From NCBI GenBank assembly GCA_965261025.1, contig OZ253438.1:120001-152000 (forward strand): 32,000 bases of DNA, given 5' to 3'. Of this stretch, positions 22,682 to 32,000 are shown in pieces; positions within the stretch are counted from its first letter, which is position 1; the number at the start of each line of letters is the position of its first letter. The position numbers were made by a program, and so were the translations under genes. The notes below the pieces were generated by a model. It was not told the DNA's origin, searched no databases, and saw only the letters and a program-made list of their open reading frames with translations. The stretch is from Chlamydiales bacterium (GTDB lineage: Bacteria; Chlamydiota; Chlamydiia; Chlamydiales; SM23-39).

Positions 22682-24757
22682 TTAGCTATAAGCCCATTTT
22701 GTTAAGACTTTAGAAATAGTTTCTAGTAAAAGATTAGAAGTTTCAGGGAGATTTACCCTTTGGATAAAACCGAGCGTACTTATCTCGTAAGTATTCAGTT
22801 CCGATACAGTAAGATTTCCCGAGGAAAAATCCAGCTTATTTATCTCTTGCAAAACGTCTTTTTTTAGATCTGCATTAGAAGTGCTTAAAATAATAAGACA
22901 ATATCTAGGAAGAGTCTCTGTTTTTAAAAAATAGGGAGAAGAGGAAAAATCCTTCTCTAAAGCTTCCAAAAGCATTAAGAAAAGGGTCTTTATAATTTTT
23001 GTCTCTAAAACACTCTGCATAAAGGCAGGTTTTAAGGAATAGAAAAAATTTTCCAGCAGAAATTCATTTTCTTTTTCCTCTTTTAAAAGAGAGCTTCTCA
23101 AAGAATCTAAAGCCTCGTTTTGCTTGATGATCATGCCTCCATTAAAATCCCGAAACTCTCCTAAAGCACTCATAAGAACCTGTACAGTGTGTTGTCTTGC
23201 TTTTTGCAGATCTAAAGAGAAATCCTTGCGAAAAAAGGGTTGTTTTTTTAGAGAGAAATGAAAAACCCCCACTTCTTTAGGATACTGCTTTACATAGCCC
23301 ACTTTTTTCACTTCATCTAAAGAAAATTTCATGCCTGTGTTTTTTAAAATGTCCTTCAAAGCAAGGTTTTTCGGCTTTAAAACCCTTGCTAGAACTATCT
23401 GGAAAGAAAGCTCTTCATCATTTTGCCTATCATAGGAAATAATGGCTTGAGGAAGATCTCTTGAGTATTTTAGCTGCTTACTCAAAAGGACCATATTCCT
23501 CATTAATTCCTCTTCATTTCTTGGCATAAAAATTGGGTGGATTACATTCTCTACACGGGTTTTTAGTTCCTTAGGTAGAAGCTTTTTTAACTTTCTGATC
23601 TCTTCTATAGAAAGCTGGGGCTTTTCCACTTCTAGATAAAAAGAACGCACCTTTTCATCACTTCTTCCTTGAACATAAGAATCTTTAACAAACTGAGCAG
23701 AAGGCAAGATAGTATGAATGGCTTCTAGAATATGCCTCTTTTCAAAACGTTCCGTTTCTCGTATAAAATGTAGAGTGATTAAAATACCCAGTACCTTAGA
23801 AGAAAGGTATTGCGTTTGTAGTAATTTGAAACTCAAATGCCTCTCCATCGGATCTTTTTCTAAAGAGGCCAAGATATTTTTTTTAAAAAGGTATTGATAG
23901 GCAATCACTCGACTTACATGTCTTGGATCTCTGCTAGCTGTAAATTTATCTCGAAATAAAGACATAAAATTACGAATTTCAAAAAAGACATCCCGATCGA
24001 AAGTTTTAGGTCTTGTATGAATTAGGCGGGAGATGTTTTTCTTAATTTCTCGAAATTTTTCCTCTGCAGATAGTTTAATCAAGAACTGCTGCATTTGATC
24101 ATAGATATTGCTATCTTTAATTTTTTCCGGACTATTCACTAAGGATTCAATATGGTCTTGGATCATAACCGTCTTTTGTCTCAGGGAAAGAGACTTCAAA
24201 GAGACAATGTAGCGAGCATAGTAGACTGCCACTATGTTGATCTTCATCTCGTTTAAAAGTTTCGGAAGAGACTTTTTTATAATCTCTAATTCTAAAGGAT
24301 CTGAGATTTTTACAAATTGCTCACAGAAGTATAGAGGCTGTTTGTCGTATTTTACGAATCGAAAGGATAACGATCTTCCCCCTAGTAAGGGGAGCTGTTT
24401 CCCGGGAATGAGCCAGCGACTTAACATATCACAAAAATATCTCCCTAAGCCATCGGTATAATCAGAATGGCAAAGCGTTGCAATGGAAAGAGTGCAAGGA
24501 GTTTTTTTTAAAGGGGTATGAGAAAATAAAGGAAGCATCTTACACAAATCGCAGAGAAGCTTTCTTAGCTTTTTTTCTTCTGTGGTTTCTAAAAGCTCTT
24601 CTTGTAGAGCAGGAGGAATAAGATTATTTAAAATGTTCTCTACGGAGCTCAAAAAAGAAATAAAAGAACCCCCATCAGGATTCCCAAAATTAGGTTTGAT
24701 CTTTAAGGGGGAAAGGCTTTCTGCAGAGGATGTAGAAGGAAAAATCTCAATGCTCAT
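22682..24757 (-). CDS. Hypothetical protein (691 aa), no recognised domain
   Basis: This is a long uninterrupted ORF with composition like the neighbouring genes. Its ATG at 24757 overlaps the OppA-like stop by 11 nt (ATGAGCATTGA). I see no convincing TM helix or signal peptide. Confidence 0.75.
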   Translation of the reverse strand: MSIEIFPSTSSAESLSPLKIKPNFGNPDGGSFISFLSSVENILNNLIPPALQEELLETTEEKKLRKLLCDLCKMLPLFSHTPLKKTPCTLSIATLCHSDYTDGLGRYFCDMLSRWLIPGKQLPLLGGRSLSFRFVKYDKQPLYFCEQFVKISDPLELEIIKKSLPKLLNEMKINIVAVYYARYIVSLKSLSLRQKTVMIQDHIESLVNSPEKIKDSNIYDQMQQFLIKLSAEEKFREIKKNISRLIHTRPKTFDRDVFFEIRNFMSLFRDKFTASRDPRHVSRVIAYQYLFKKNILASLEKDPMERHLSFKLLQTQYLSSKVLGILITLHFIRETERFEKRHILEAIHTILPSAQFVKDSYVQGRSDEKVRSFYLEVEKPQLSIEEIRKLKKLLPKELKTRVENVIHPIFMPRNEEELMRNMVLLSKQLKYSRDLPQAIISYDRQNDEELSFQIVLARVLKPKNLALKDILKNTGMKFSLDEVKKVGYVKQYPKEVGVFHFSLKKQPFFRKDFSLDLQKARQHTVQVLMSALGEFRDFNGGMIIKQNEALDSLRSSLLKEEKENEFLLENFFYSLKPAFMQSVLETKIIKTLFLMLLEALEKDFSSSPYFLKTETLPRYCLIILSTSNADLKKDVLQEINKLDFSSGNLTVSELNTYEISTLGFIQRVNLPETSNLLLETISKVLTKWAYS

Positions 24758-26357
24758 GAGGTCCTATTTTCATAAAATCAAAACGGAGCTCTCCATTAGG
24801 AGCTATTTCCATATTCGTTGCATGAGGCTTGAGCAAATATCCACAGTCAGAGTGATAGACAGGCGCTAAGGGGAGCTCTTCCATAAATAGCTTTTCCGCC
24901 TCTTCTAGGATCTGCATCCTTTTTTCAGAAGAGGCTGCCTCAGAAGAAGCATCTAAAAGATCTATGAATTTCTTATTCTCCCAGTTTGGATAGTTTTTGG
25001 GATTCATTCGATACTTGAAACGGTCCAAAATGTTAATCGGGTCTGCCAGTTGTGCAGACCAACCACCTATAGCGATATCAAAGTTTTTTGAATGGAGTTT
25101 TTCCATACAAGAGGAATAGTCTAGCTGATTAATAAGAAGAGAAATACCTAAAACTTGTTTCCATCTGTTTTGTAGGGCTTCTATAACAGATTTTCCCGCA
25201 TGAGCTCCGCATACTAGCTCAAACTTTCCAAAATCCGCAGGAGTCATAGATAACTCTTTGAGTCCCTTCTCTAAAAATTGTTTAGCCAATTCTTCATTGT
25301 TGTCGGGCACAATTTGCCGGTTCTCCCCCTTCATTAGGGCGGGAGGAATACATCTGGTTCCAGGGATTTCCTTTCCCTTAGTAACTTTTTTTACCAAAGT
25401 ATCTCGATCTAAGGCATAGGAAAAAGCTTTGCGAATATTGGGATTATTAAAAGGAGGTTTTTGCGTATTAAAGCTAATAAAACAAGTCGCTGCCATGGGC
25501 TGCGAAAAATACTCAGCTCTATGCATCACTCTAGGGATAATTTCCTGGGGAATAGGACAAGTTGCTGTCCCTATCCAGTCTAGCTCTCCTCTTTCATACA
25601 TCTGAAAAGCTGTGTTAGGGTCATAGAGAATGGGAATTTTTATTTCTTCAAGTTCTACTACTTCCTGCTTCCAGTGACTTTGGTTTTTCTTTACCAAAAT
25701 CAACTCATTTTCTCTATAGGTATCAATGATAAAAGGGCCTGAACAAGGAAAGGTTTCCTTACTGTTTTCCCAGTTTTCGTGTTTTTCTACAAAATGCTTT
25801 GGAACAGCAAATAAGTTACAAAATCCTACCAAATGGAGGAAATAAGGGGCCGGGTTTTCTAGTTCCACTACTAATGTTTTTGCATCTTTGGCAAAAACGG
25901 CTAAGGAATCAACAGGAAGTTCTCTTCTGGAAATTTTCTCTGCGTTTTTTATAGGAGCAAAAAGGGAAGCACATAGACAAGGGAAGGAGGGGTCTAAGGC
26001 GGTCTTCCAGGTATATACAAAGTCTTCTGCGGTGATCGGAACTCCGTCGGACCAAAAGGCGTTATCTCGAATATGGAAAGTATATTTCTTCTTATCTTGA
26101 GAAACTTCATAAGAATCTGCTAAAGAACCCACTACACTTCCATCAGGAAGACTTCGAGTAAGTCCATCAAAAACCAAAAATATCAAACAAGAAGAAAGTA
26201 AATCTCCATTTTTTCTGGGATCTACTGTTTTAGGGTTGGCATTAAAACCCATGCTGAGGTGTTTTTTATGGCACAGGTTCGATCCCTTTTTCTGACAGCT
26301 GAGGGAAATAAAAGAGATCATAATAAAAACAAAGCTGTTAGTTAAGAATTTTTTCAT
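24747..26357 (-). CDS. oppA: ABC transporter substrate-binding protein, family 5 (OppA/DppA-like peptide-binding, 536 aa), probable lipoprotein
   Basis: Size and sequence pattern fit peptide/nickel SBPs (GFNANPKTVDPRK..., YTFHIRDNAFWSDGVPITAEDFVYTW, ALDRDTLV). The N-terminal MKKFLTNSFVFIMISFISLSC suggests a signal peptide with a non-canonical lipobox Cys. AAAAGGGG lies 8 nt upstream of the ATG. Confidence 0.85.
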   Translation of the reverse strand: MKKFLTNSFVFIMISFISLSCQKKGSNLCHKKHLSMGFNANPKTVDPRKNGDLLSSCLIFLVFDGLTRSLPDGSVVGSLADSYEVSQDKKKYTFHIRDNAFWSDGVPITAEDFVYTWKTALDPSFPCLCASLFAPIKNAEKISRRELPVDSLAVFAKDAKTLVVELENPAPYFLHLVGFCNLFAVPKHFVEKHENWENSKETFPCSGPFIIDTYRENELILVKKNQSHWKQEVVELEEIKIPILYDPNTAFQMYERGELDWIGTATCPIPQEIIPRVMHRAEYFSQPMAATCFISFNTQKPPFNNPNIRKAFSYALDRDTLVKKVTKGKEIPGTRCIPPALMKGENRQIVPDNNEELAKQFLEKGLKELSMTPADFGKFELVCGAHAGKSVIEALQNRWKQVLGISLLINQLDYSSCMEKLHSKNFDIAIGGWSAQLADPINILDRFKYRMNPKNYPNWENKKFIDLLDASSEAASSEKRMQILEEAEKLFMEELPLAPVYHSDCGYLLKPHATNMEIAPNGELRFDFMKIGPHEH

Positions 26358-26414
26358 AAGGCAACCCCTTTTTCAGGAAAGTGTGGCTCATTAAAACAAA
26401 AGCAGTTTTTTTGT

Positions 26415-26442
26415 TAAATACTTTTAAAGATTTTGTAAGCAA
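26415..26442 (-). promoter_or_regulatory. Candidate promoter for the oppA-like gene
   Basis: On the minus strand I read TTGCTT (26442-26437), a 16-nt spacer, then TATTTA (26420-26415), about 55 nt upstream of the ATG. It is only a pattern match in AT-rich DNA. Confidence 0.3.
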
Positions 26443-26499
26443 AAAGCGAAGAGCTCTTGTATACTAGCCCCTTGGATAAACAATCCTACTCATAAGGTT

Positions 26500-27825
26500 T
26501 TAAGGTGGGTTTTTCTGGGAAGAAGAAGGGGATTCTTCTTCTTGTCTTGGATCGAGTTCTCCTGCTATAGGAGAGGTTCTCGGTATATTAGTAAAGGGAA
26601 GCTTTTCCCTTTGGGGAACGGGGGGTTTTTGCGCCATTCTAAGTAGGGTAATCAAGCCAAGAAGGATAGAAATAGCTGCAAAATAGTAATAGAGACCTTC
26701 TGGATCAAATAGTTTCATCAGGAAGGGAGCCACTAAAGGGCCCATTACAGCGCCTATTCCATAAGACAAGAGAAGAGCTCCTGTTACCCCTACTATATCT
26801 TTGGGCTGAAAAAAGTCGCAGGCATGAGAGATACTCAAAGGGTATAGAGTAAAGGAAAAACCTCCAAATAAAGCGGTAAATAAAAGCACAAGGTGGGGAA
26901 AGTGATATCCTGTAAGAGCTATTAAAATCGCAAGAATAGCTGAGGAAAAACTCGCAAAACAGAGGATAATTCTTCTATCTCTTCTATCTGATAAAAATCC
27001 TAAAGGCCACTGCAAAGTAAGGCCTCCCAATAAAGAGATCCCCATAAAAGTTGCGATTTCACTTAAGTTCATCCCAATTTCCTGGGCATAAATGGGGCTA
27101 AGTCCATAAAGAGCGGCTAATATCATACCCGATAAAAAAGCTCCTATAAAACCCAAAGGAGAAACTTGGGTAAGTTTTTTTAAGCTTAGCAAGGAATGAC
27201 TCTCGAGCATAGGCTCTTTATTTTTAGTAAGAGACAAAGGAATAATAGAAAGAGAAGACAAAGCTCCCACTAAGGCAAAAGGAGTTAAAGAGGAAGGAGA
27301 AGCTATATCTAATAAAAATTGTCCAGCCGCAGAAGCTCCGTATAGGGAGATCATGTATACTGCTAGAATAGACCCTCTTGTCTTTTCTGAACTCTTTACT
27401 AAAAGCCAGCTCTCTATAGATACAAAAAGGCCTGCCAGGCAAGCGCCTCCTAGGAAACGGAACAAAATCCACAACCAAGGGTTTATCCAAAAACCCATCA
27501 GCACACAGATAATAGCAGTAAAAGCTGCTAGGGCAGAATAAGCTCGGATATGCCCTACCTTCATGATAAACTTTTCTGCTCGGAAACAACCAAGAAAAAG
27601 GCCTGCATAGTAGGCCGCTGTAACAGCGCCTATCATAATAGAATTTATCTCTTCTTGCCGAAGCCTTATGGTCACTAAGGTCATAAAAAGACCACTTCCT
27701 GTCATCAAGATGATGAGGCTGACAATAGGGGCTGTCACATTTTTCAATACAGAACTCATATTTTTCTGTATGTAATATAGAAAATATTTCTGACAAGAAG
27801 CTTTTCGAGAATTTTTATAATTCAT
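26500..27825 (-). CDS. MFS transporter, YcaD-like (441 aa; alternative start 27759)
   Basis: The protein has about 12 TM helices. Several blocks match E. coli YcaD as I recall it: FRFLGGACLAGLFVSIESWLL, QWPLGFLSDRRDRR, FTLYPLSISHACD and ALLLSYGIGAVMGP. The C-terminal tail is hydrophilic and Pro/Glu-rich. Confidence 0.85.
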   Translation of the reverse strand: MNYKNSRKASCQKYFLYYIQKNMSSVLKNVTAPIVSLIILMTGSGLFMTLVTIRLRQEEINSIMIGAVTAAYYAGLFLGCFRAEKFIMKVGHIRAYSALAAFTAIICVLMGFWINPWLWILFRFLGGACLAGLFVSIESWLLVKSSEKTRGSILAVYMISLYGASAAGQFLLDIASPSSLTPFALVGALSSLSIIPLSLTKNKEPMLESHSLLSLKKLTQVSPLGFIGAFLSGMILAALYGLSPIYAQEIGMNLSEIATFMGISLLGGLTLQWPLGFLSDRRDRRIILCFASFSSAILAILIALTGYHFPHLVLLFTALFGGFSFTLYPLSISHACDFFQPKDIVGVTGALLLSYGIGAVMGPLVAPFLMKLFDPEGLYYYFAAISILLGLITLLRMAQKPPVPQREKLPFTNIPRTSPIAGELDPRQEEESPSSSQKNPP

Positions 27826-27856
27826 TTTTTCTCTTGGGCTTTTTCGAAAAATAAGT

Positions 27857-30037
27857 ATGATGTGCCAAAAGGGAGATGCCTGTCTTATGTCAGAGATAAA
27901 GTCTTTTCTTACCTTTTCAGAAGCTTTGGATAACTTATCTCTTTTGCCTGAGGTAGATGGGAAGGATCCTTATCGTATTGGAGTGGTAAGTGATCGAAAA
28001 ATCGTTTTGCAGGAGGAAGAAGTATCTTATCCCAATGCAGTTTGGCTTACTTCAAATAGCGCACAAGACTTTTTTGCCCTCGGTAAAAAATGCTTTCAAA
28101 CCCTTTATGTTTCCCTTCTCAACTTAAAAGAAGGAGAAGGAATTGACTGGGAAAATCCTGGTACCGTTAAAGGATTAAAAGCATTGATGAGTCTTGCTTT
28201 TGACTCTGCTTCGAAACTAGATGAGATTTTAGAAAAAGTGGATCCTAAATTAGGAAAAAAAGCCCTTTCTGACTCAGAGGAGTATATAGAGTTCTCCTCC
28301 TTTTATAAAGAGTGTCTAGCAGAAGATCACCCTGAAATCCTGCAAGGGGATAAGTCTTGGGCTAAAGAATGGCTAGAATATAGAAGTTTTTTACTCTATG
28401 AAATGAGTCAAAGGGGGTTAAAAGATTTTGAGACAGTGAAAAGGGATCAGGAATATGATCTTTTTTACTTGAAAAACGAAGAAGGAAAGCCCTTTTTCCA
28501 CCCTCACTTAACCCGAAATATTAAGCTAGTTTGGGAGGTTTCAGAAAGGGAAGTTTCTCTGGAAGAAGATCCCTTGCTAATTCTAGCGGATTTGAAAGAT
28601 AAGTTAACCCTTTCCTTAGGGATACAAATCTTGAAAGAGGCAGAAGGGCTTATAAAAATATTTTATGAAAGGAAAATTCGAAGAAAATCTAATGCCTTTA
28701 TTCAGGCTCTAAATAGAGCCGTTATGGCCTTAATGCTGGCTGCCGATTCAAAGCATCTCTTGGAGAATCAGTCTAGGAAGAGAGCTGTACAGTACTTTCA
28801 GGATTTTCGCCTTTTTTTACAGCAAGCTCTTTTCTCTGAAGAATACAGCAAGTGGATTGCTTATCCTCCTGAAAAGGAAAACAAAGAAGGAAAGCTTCTT
28901 TTAAAGATGGTCCATAAATTTTGTGAGGCTTTTTTTACTTCTAATTTTGGAGTAAAAGCAGAAATTTTAGGATTGATTTATAGAATTTTTAGGAAGGGAG
29001 AGGAAGTTTTTCCAAAAGAAAAAAAGGGAAAAGAGGTTTCTTTTTTACAGCAGTGGATTTTAGAAAATGAGTATATGAGTTATCTCTTATCTTTTTACCC
29101 GAGCGGACCTTTATTAAAAATTTTGGACGTAATACGAGGGGATAGTGAAGATCATGAGGATTTTTTTTCCCCTCTTCTGCAAGGAAATATTCCCTTTCAT
29201 CTCTATAGTCTTTCTTCAGGGAAGAAAGAGATAAAAGTATTAAGAATACCTTCCCCTACCTATCAGAAAACAATAAGAAAAGTATGGGTAAATAAAGAAT
29301 TCTTAGGATTTTTACGCTGTTACGAGGAAGAAAAAAAGAGTCACTTACTCATTAACTTACAAGATCGCAGTTCTTGGAGGGAAAGGGGAAGAGCTTTTGC
29401 TCTAGAAAATTTGGAGCATCAGGCGGAGTTTCATCAAAGCCTTTCTGTTTTTACTTTTTCCAAGGATTCAGACTTTTATGAGCAAAAACAGGAATATAGG
29501 GAAACGAACGAGACAAAGTCTTTTCTTAAGATGTTTTTAGAGCAGTTCGAAAAACCCGAAGAATTTGGGTTTTCTTTTTCCTCGGAAAATTCTTCTTTTC
29601 TCCTTCCTTTTATAAGGAAGCTTTTTCCTAAAATTCAAGAGGCCTTTTTTGATAAGAAGAAAGATCTTACAAGGCAGGAAAGACTCGACTTTATCGAAAT
29701 AGCCTACCAATTTCTCTTCTGCAAAATCTTAGAAGAGCAAAAACCAGATTCTTTAAGCTTTACTTGCAAAGATGCTGTTGATGTAGGCCAGGCCCAGGCT
29801 TTTTTCTTTTTTTCTTTTTTACACCTTGGCAAGGGCAAGCCGCTACAAAAAAGTAGGGAAAAAATGCACCTTATCCTATACGGTCCTTCTTTGATGATTC
29901 GTGAAAGAGTATTAGATTCAGAAAGGCTTAATAGGGTTTTATCTGCTTTAGCAATATTAGAGGAGAAAAAAAGAGCCCTGGAGTCTCTTTTTAAGGAATT
30001 TTATGAAAAAGAGTTTATCTCCATGGATCTTCTATAG
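27857..30037 (+). CDS. Hypothetical protein (726 aa; alternative start 27887), no recognised domain
   Basis: This is a long ORF with host-like composition and no TM or signal peptide. It is divergent from the MFS gene. Confidence 0.75.
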   Translation: MMCQKGDACLMSEIKSFLTFSEALDNLSLLPEVDGKDPYRIGVVSDRKIVLQEEEVSYPNAVWLTSNSAQDFFALGKKCFQTLYVSLLNLKEGEGIDWENPGTVKGLKALMSLAFDSASKLDEILEKVDPKLGKKALSDSEEYIEFSSFYKECLAEDHPEILQGDKSWAKEWLEYRSFLLYEMSQRGLKDFETVKRDQEYDLFYLKNEEGKPFFHPHLTRNIKLVWEVSEREVSLEEDPLLILADLKDKLTLSLGIQILKEAEGLIKIFYERKIRRKSNAFIQALNRAVMALMLAADSKHLLENQSRKRAVQYFQDFRLFLQQALFSEEYSKWIAYPPEKENKEGKLLLKMVHKFCEAFFTSNFGVKAEILGLIYRIFRKGEEVFPKEKKGKEVSFLQQWILENEYMSYLLSFYPSGPLLKILDVIRGDSEDHEDFFSPLLQGNIPFHLYSLSSGKKEIKVLRIPSPTYQKTIRKVWVNKEFLGFLRCYEEEKKSHLLINLQDRSSWRERGRAFALENLEHQAEFHQSLSVFTFSKDSDFYEQKQEYRETNETKSFLKMFLEQFEKPEEFGFSFSSENSSFLLPFIRKLFPKIQEAFFDKKKDLTRQERLDFIEIAYQFLFCKILEEQKPDSLSFTCKDAVDVGQAQAFFFFSFLHLGKGKPLQKSREKMHLILYGPSLMIRERVLDSERLNRVLSALAILEEKKRALESLFKEFYEKEFISMDLL

Positions 30038-30063
30038 AGATCTCTTCTTAAAGTTACAATTTT

Positions 30064-31980
30064 TCAAGGAGAAATAGGCCCTTGTGGATTTCCAGCATGA
30101 GGGGATACGATATTCCAGTCAGAATGAAGAGCTGCCTCTTCTTCTATTTGGATAAGCTTCCACTTATTTAAGATTCCTCTTACCTGTTTTATTACTCTTT
30201 CAGATAAAGAAACTTTTTCGGGTTTTATTCCGGTTATGCTGATCTTTAGTTGCGCTGAAAGATTTTTCAAATGCTCTGGAATTCTTATGGTTTTGTTAAA
30301 CAAAGCTTTGAATAGATCTGTCTTTATAAAATCTGTGGATAAAGTGGCTATTGCTTCTCTCTCTTCCGTTTTTAGCCCTTCCGTCAAGACTTTTTGCACT
30401 TGTTTTGAGTAAAATCTCTGTATTACTTCTACAAATTGGTTTTGTAAAAACGTAGCTTCTTGAGAGGGGTCTTTTTCTTCCATTAAGCAACCTTGTAATG
30501 CTTGCAAAACCTCACAGGTTAAAGCCTTTTGAAGAGCTTGGATATTTTCTTCGGTTTCCCCTTCCTTTGCTACTAAATTCCGAATAGGCTCCTCGGTCAT
30601 ACTAAAAATCATATTAAATAGCTTATTTGCTACATCCAATTTATCTACACCTATCCGCAACGAGGCCCTCCCAAGTCGGGAAAGGTTTTCTTGTAGATTA
30701 GGGCTGTCTCTTAAGGTAGCGCTAATATTTTGTAGCAGTTCCTTTTTTTCCTGATCTGTTACAACAGGAATATTCCCTTTTTCATATAAATCAGCCACCT
30801 TCTGAAGCTTTTGTAAGCTTTTCCCTAGGAAAATCTGAGTGATTTCTGGATCTAAAATGGTATCTACAAGGTTATCTACTAGCTGGAAGACATTTAGAGA
30901 AAGAAGTTTTTTTACAAAATTCACGATAATGGTTATCACGAAATCTATAGGATGTCGAAGAAATTTTTCAGGAGTAGATACTTTTACTAGATCTTGTTTT
31001 AATTTAAAGACCCCGCTGGGAAGCTCTTCTCCTCTTCTTACGACTCGTTTTGCAAAAATTTCTTCTATTATTTTCAGGGGTTTTTCATATAAAGGAGCCA
31101 TTAAATCTGACCCTTTTGATAGGGCAGTTTTTCCAATTCGGGTGTTTGCTAAAGTAGATACCGTAGCTTGCCCTACCTCATTAACCACCTTAGCCGTTTT
31201 TAAGACAGCTTGTTCAATAACAGGATTAAGCTCTATTTTTTCTATTGAAGAAGGCTCCTTAGAAAGAGTTGTTTCTAACTCTTGTTCTATTTCTTCTTGC
31301 TCTTGCACGGAAAGCTCTTTTTCTGAAAAAGAGGGAAGAAATTTGGAGATTTTTTGCGCTGCTGTAAAGACCTTCCAAGCACCTGCTTTTACGATTTTTT
31401 GAGAAAGCCCCTTAAAAGAAGAATCCTCTTCTTCCAAAAGTTCGGGGTTTTCTTCTAAGAGCTTTTTCAAGTTTAAAAGATCTTCTTCTTTTTTTTGTTG
31501 TAATAAGCCCGTTAAATAGTCTTTAAATAGCTCAAAATTTTCCGTAGAGGTGCAGACCTTATTATAAAGTACTATAAAAAGCTTTAAAGGAACCCTTTTC
31601 TTAGGAGAAAGCAATTGGATTTCTTCATAGGTTTCCTTAAACAAGGAAAAGAAGGATGCCTTTTCATCATCTTGTAAAACGGCTAAAAACGAAGAAAACT
31701 CTTCTTGACTAGCTAAAATATACTGCTTTTCACAAGCAGGAAGAGTTTCAGCCCAACTCCAAAAGCCGTAAGCCCCCGTTTTTTGAAAGATTTCTAATTC
31801 TTCCCTTTTATTTGAAATAGATCCAAGGTAGGGGTTTTTTCTCCACTTGGCAAATTCGGGAAAAGATTGTTCTGCCCATTCTATTTCTGCTACTTGCGCA
31901 TTTTTCTCTGCCCAGTTTTTAATCCCTTGGGTGTAAGAAGAAATATAATTAGTTAAATTAGCAAACATAGTTTTTACCAA
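30064..31980 (-). CDS. Hypothetical protein (638 aa), no recognised domain
   Basis: This is a long ORF, convergent with the 726-aa gene across a 26-nt gap. It is helical and E/K/L-rich, with an acidic stretch (QEQEEIEQELETT) and no clear TM or signal peptide. Confidence 0.75.
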   Translation of the reverse strand: MVKTMFANLTNYISSYTQGIKNWAEKNAQVAEIEWAEQSFPEFAKWRKNPYLGSISNKREELEIFQKTGAYGFWSWAETLPACEKQYILASQEEFSSFLAVLQDDEKASFFSLFKETYEEIQLLSPKKRVPLKLFIVLYNKVCTSTENFELFKDYLTGLLQQKKEEDLLNLKKLLEENPELLEEEDSSFKGLSQKIVKAGAWKVFTAAQKISKFLPSFSEKELSVQEQEEIEQELETTLSKEPSSIEKIELNPVIEQAVLKTAKVVNEVGQATVSTLANTRIGKTALSKGSDLMAPLYEKPLKIIEEIFAKRVVRRGEELPSGVFKLKQDLVKVSTPEKFLRHPIDFVITIIVNFVKKLLSLNVFQLVDNLVDTILDPEITQIFLGKSLQKLQKVADLYEKGNIPVVTDQEKKELLQNISATLRDSPNLQENLSRLGRASLRIGVDKLDVANKLFNMIFSMTEEPIRNLVAKEGETEENIQALQKALTCEVLQALQGCLMEEKDPSQEATFLQNQFVEVIQRFYSKQVQKVLTEGLKTEEREAIATLSTDFIKTDLFKALFNKTIRIPEHLKNLSAQLKISITGIKPEKVSLSERVIKQVRGILNKWKLIQIEEEAALHSDWNIVSPHAGNPQGPISP

Positions 31981-32000
31981 TATTTTTAGAAACTAATAAT

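Noticed and set aside
24234-26100. Plus-strand ORFs at 24234-24461, 24582-24869 and 25888-26100
   Set aside because: They are antisense to the 691-aa and OppA-like genes, which makes them shadow ORFs.
26452-26470. AAGAGCTCTT palindrome followed by CGCTTTTT (minus strand) as a terminator after the MFS gene
   Set aside because: A perfect palindrome leaves no loop. The best foldable stem is only 3-4 bp, so it is not a credible intrinsic terminator.
27224-27796. 190-aa minus-strand ORF in a second frame of the MFS gene, plus the 27353-27541 antisense ORF
   Set aside because: The MFS frame matches YcaD-type blocks along its whole length. The alternative frame gives a C/Y/R/F-rich sequence with no TM pattern.
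30296-31402. 187-aa plus-strand ORF (30839-31402) and 64-aa minus-strand ORF (30296-30490) inside the 638-aa gene
   Set aside because: They are fully nested within the longer ORF, with S/T/F-rich composition typical of antisense frames of E/K/L-rich genes. I see no independent start signals.
1-32000. Search for CRISPR arrays, tRNA/rRNA genes, IS elements, integrases, long direct repeats or pseudogenes
   Set aside because: I found no repeat-spacer periodicity, cloverleaf-like intergenic sequence, transposase or integrase motif, or disrupted reading frame by eye. The intergenic regions are all 270 nt or shorter. This check was visual only, so short or diverged elements could have been missed.

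Overview
This low-GC (roughly 37-39% by eye), densely coding bacterial window looks chromosomal, not like a mobile or accessory island. I saw no rRNA, tRNA, CRISPR array, transposase, integrase or phage gene. The AroD-AroE fusion, the many F/L/K/E-rich lineage-specific proteins, and TAM and Mla envelope genes suggest a Chlamydiota-like (PVC) intracellular bacterium. That is an inference I cannot verify here. Gene spacing and signals suggest these units: (1) a 611-codon orphan ORF running off the left edge, absent from the ORF track; (2) cspA with a long leader; (3) mlaE-mlaF-mlaD-like genes followed by aroC-aroB-aroD/E (8835 to 2416, minus), behind a near-consensus promoter and with two ATGA overlaps; (4) tamA-tamB plus three small coiled-coil or hydrophobic orphan proteins, closed by a strong hairpin terminator; (5) hemL-nfeD-floA, a 45-codon Lys-rich sORF and a secreted cyclophilin; (6) a four-gene membrane and redox-looking operon (anchored beta-rich protein, VKOR-like protein, SPW-motif protein, SDR), with a divergently transcribed two-repeat secreted protein; (7) a YcaD-like MFS transporter, then an orphan OppA-like binding protein overlapping a 691-aa unknown; (8) convergent 726-aa and 638-aa orphans. 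The best leads are the translocon- or Inc-like trio after tamB, the VKOR-like operon and a HemL lacking its gating loop. All functions come from motifs read by eye; no searches were run.
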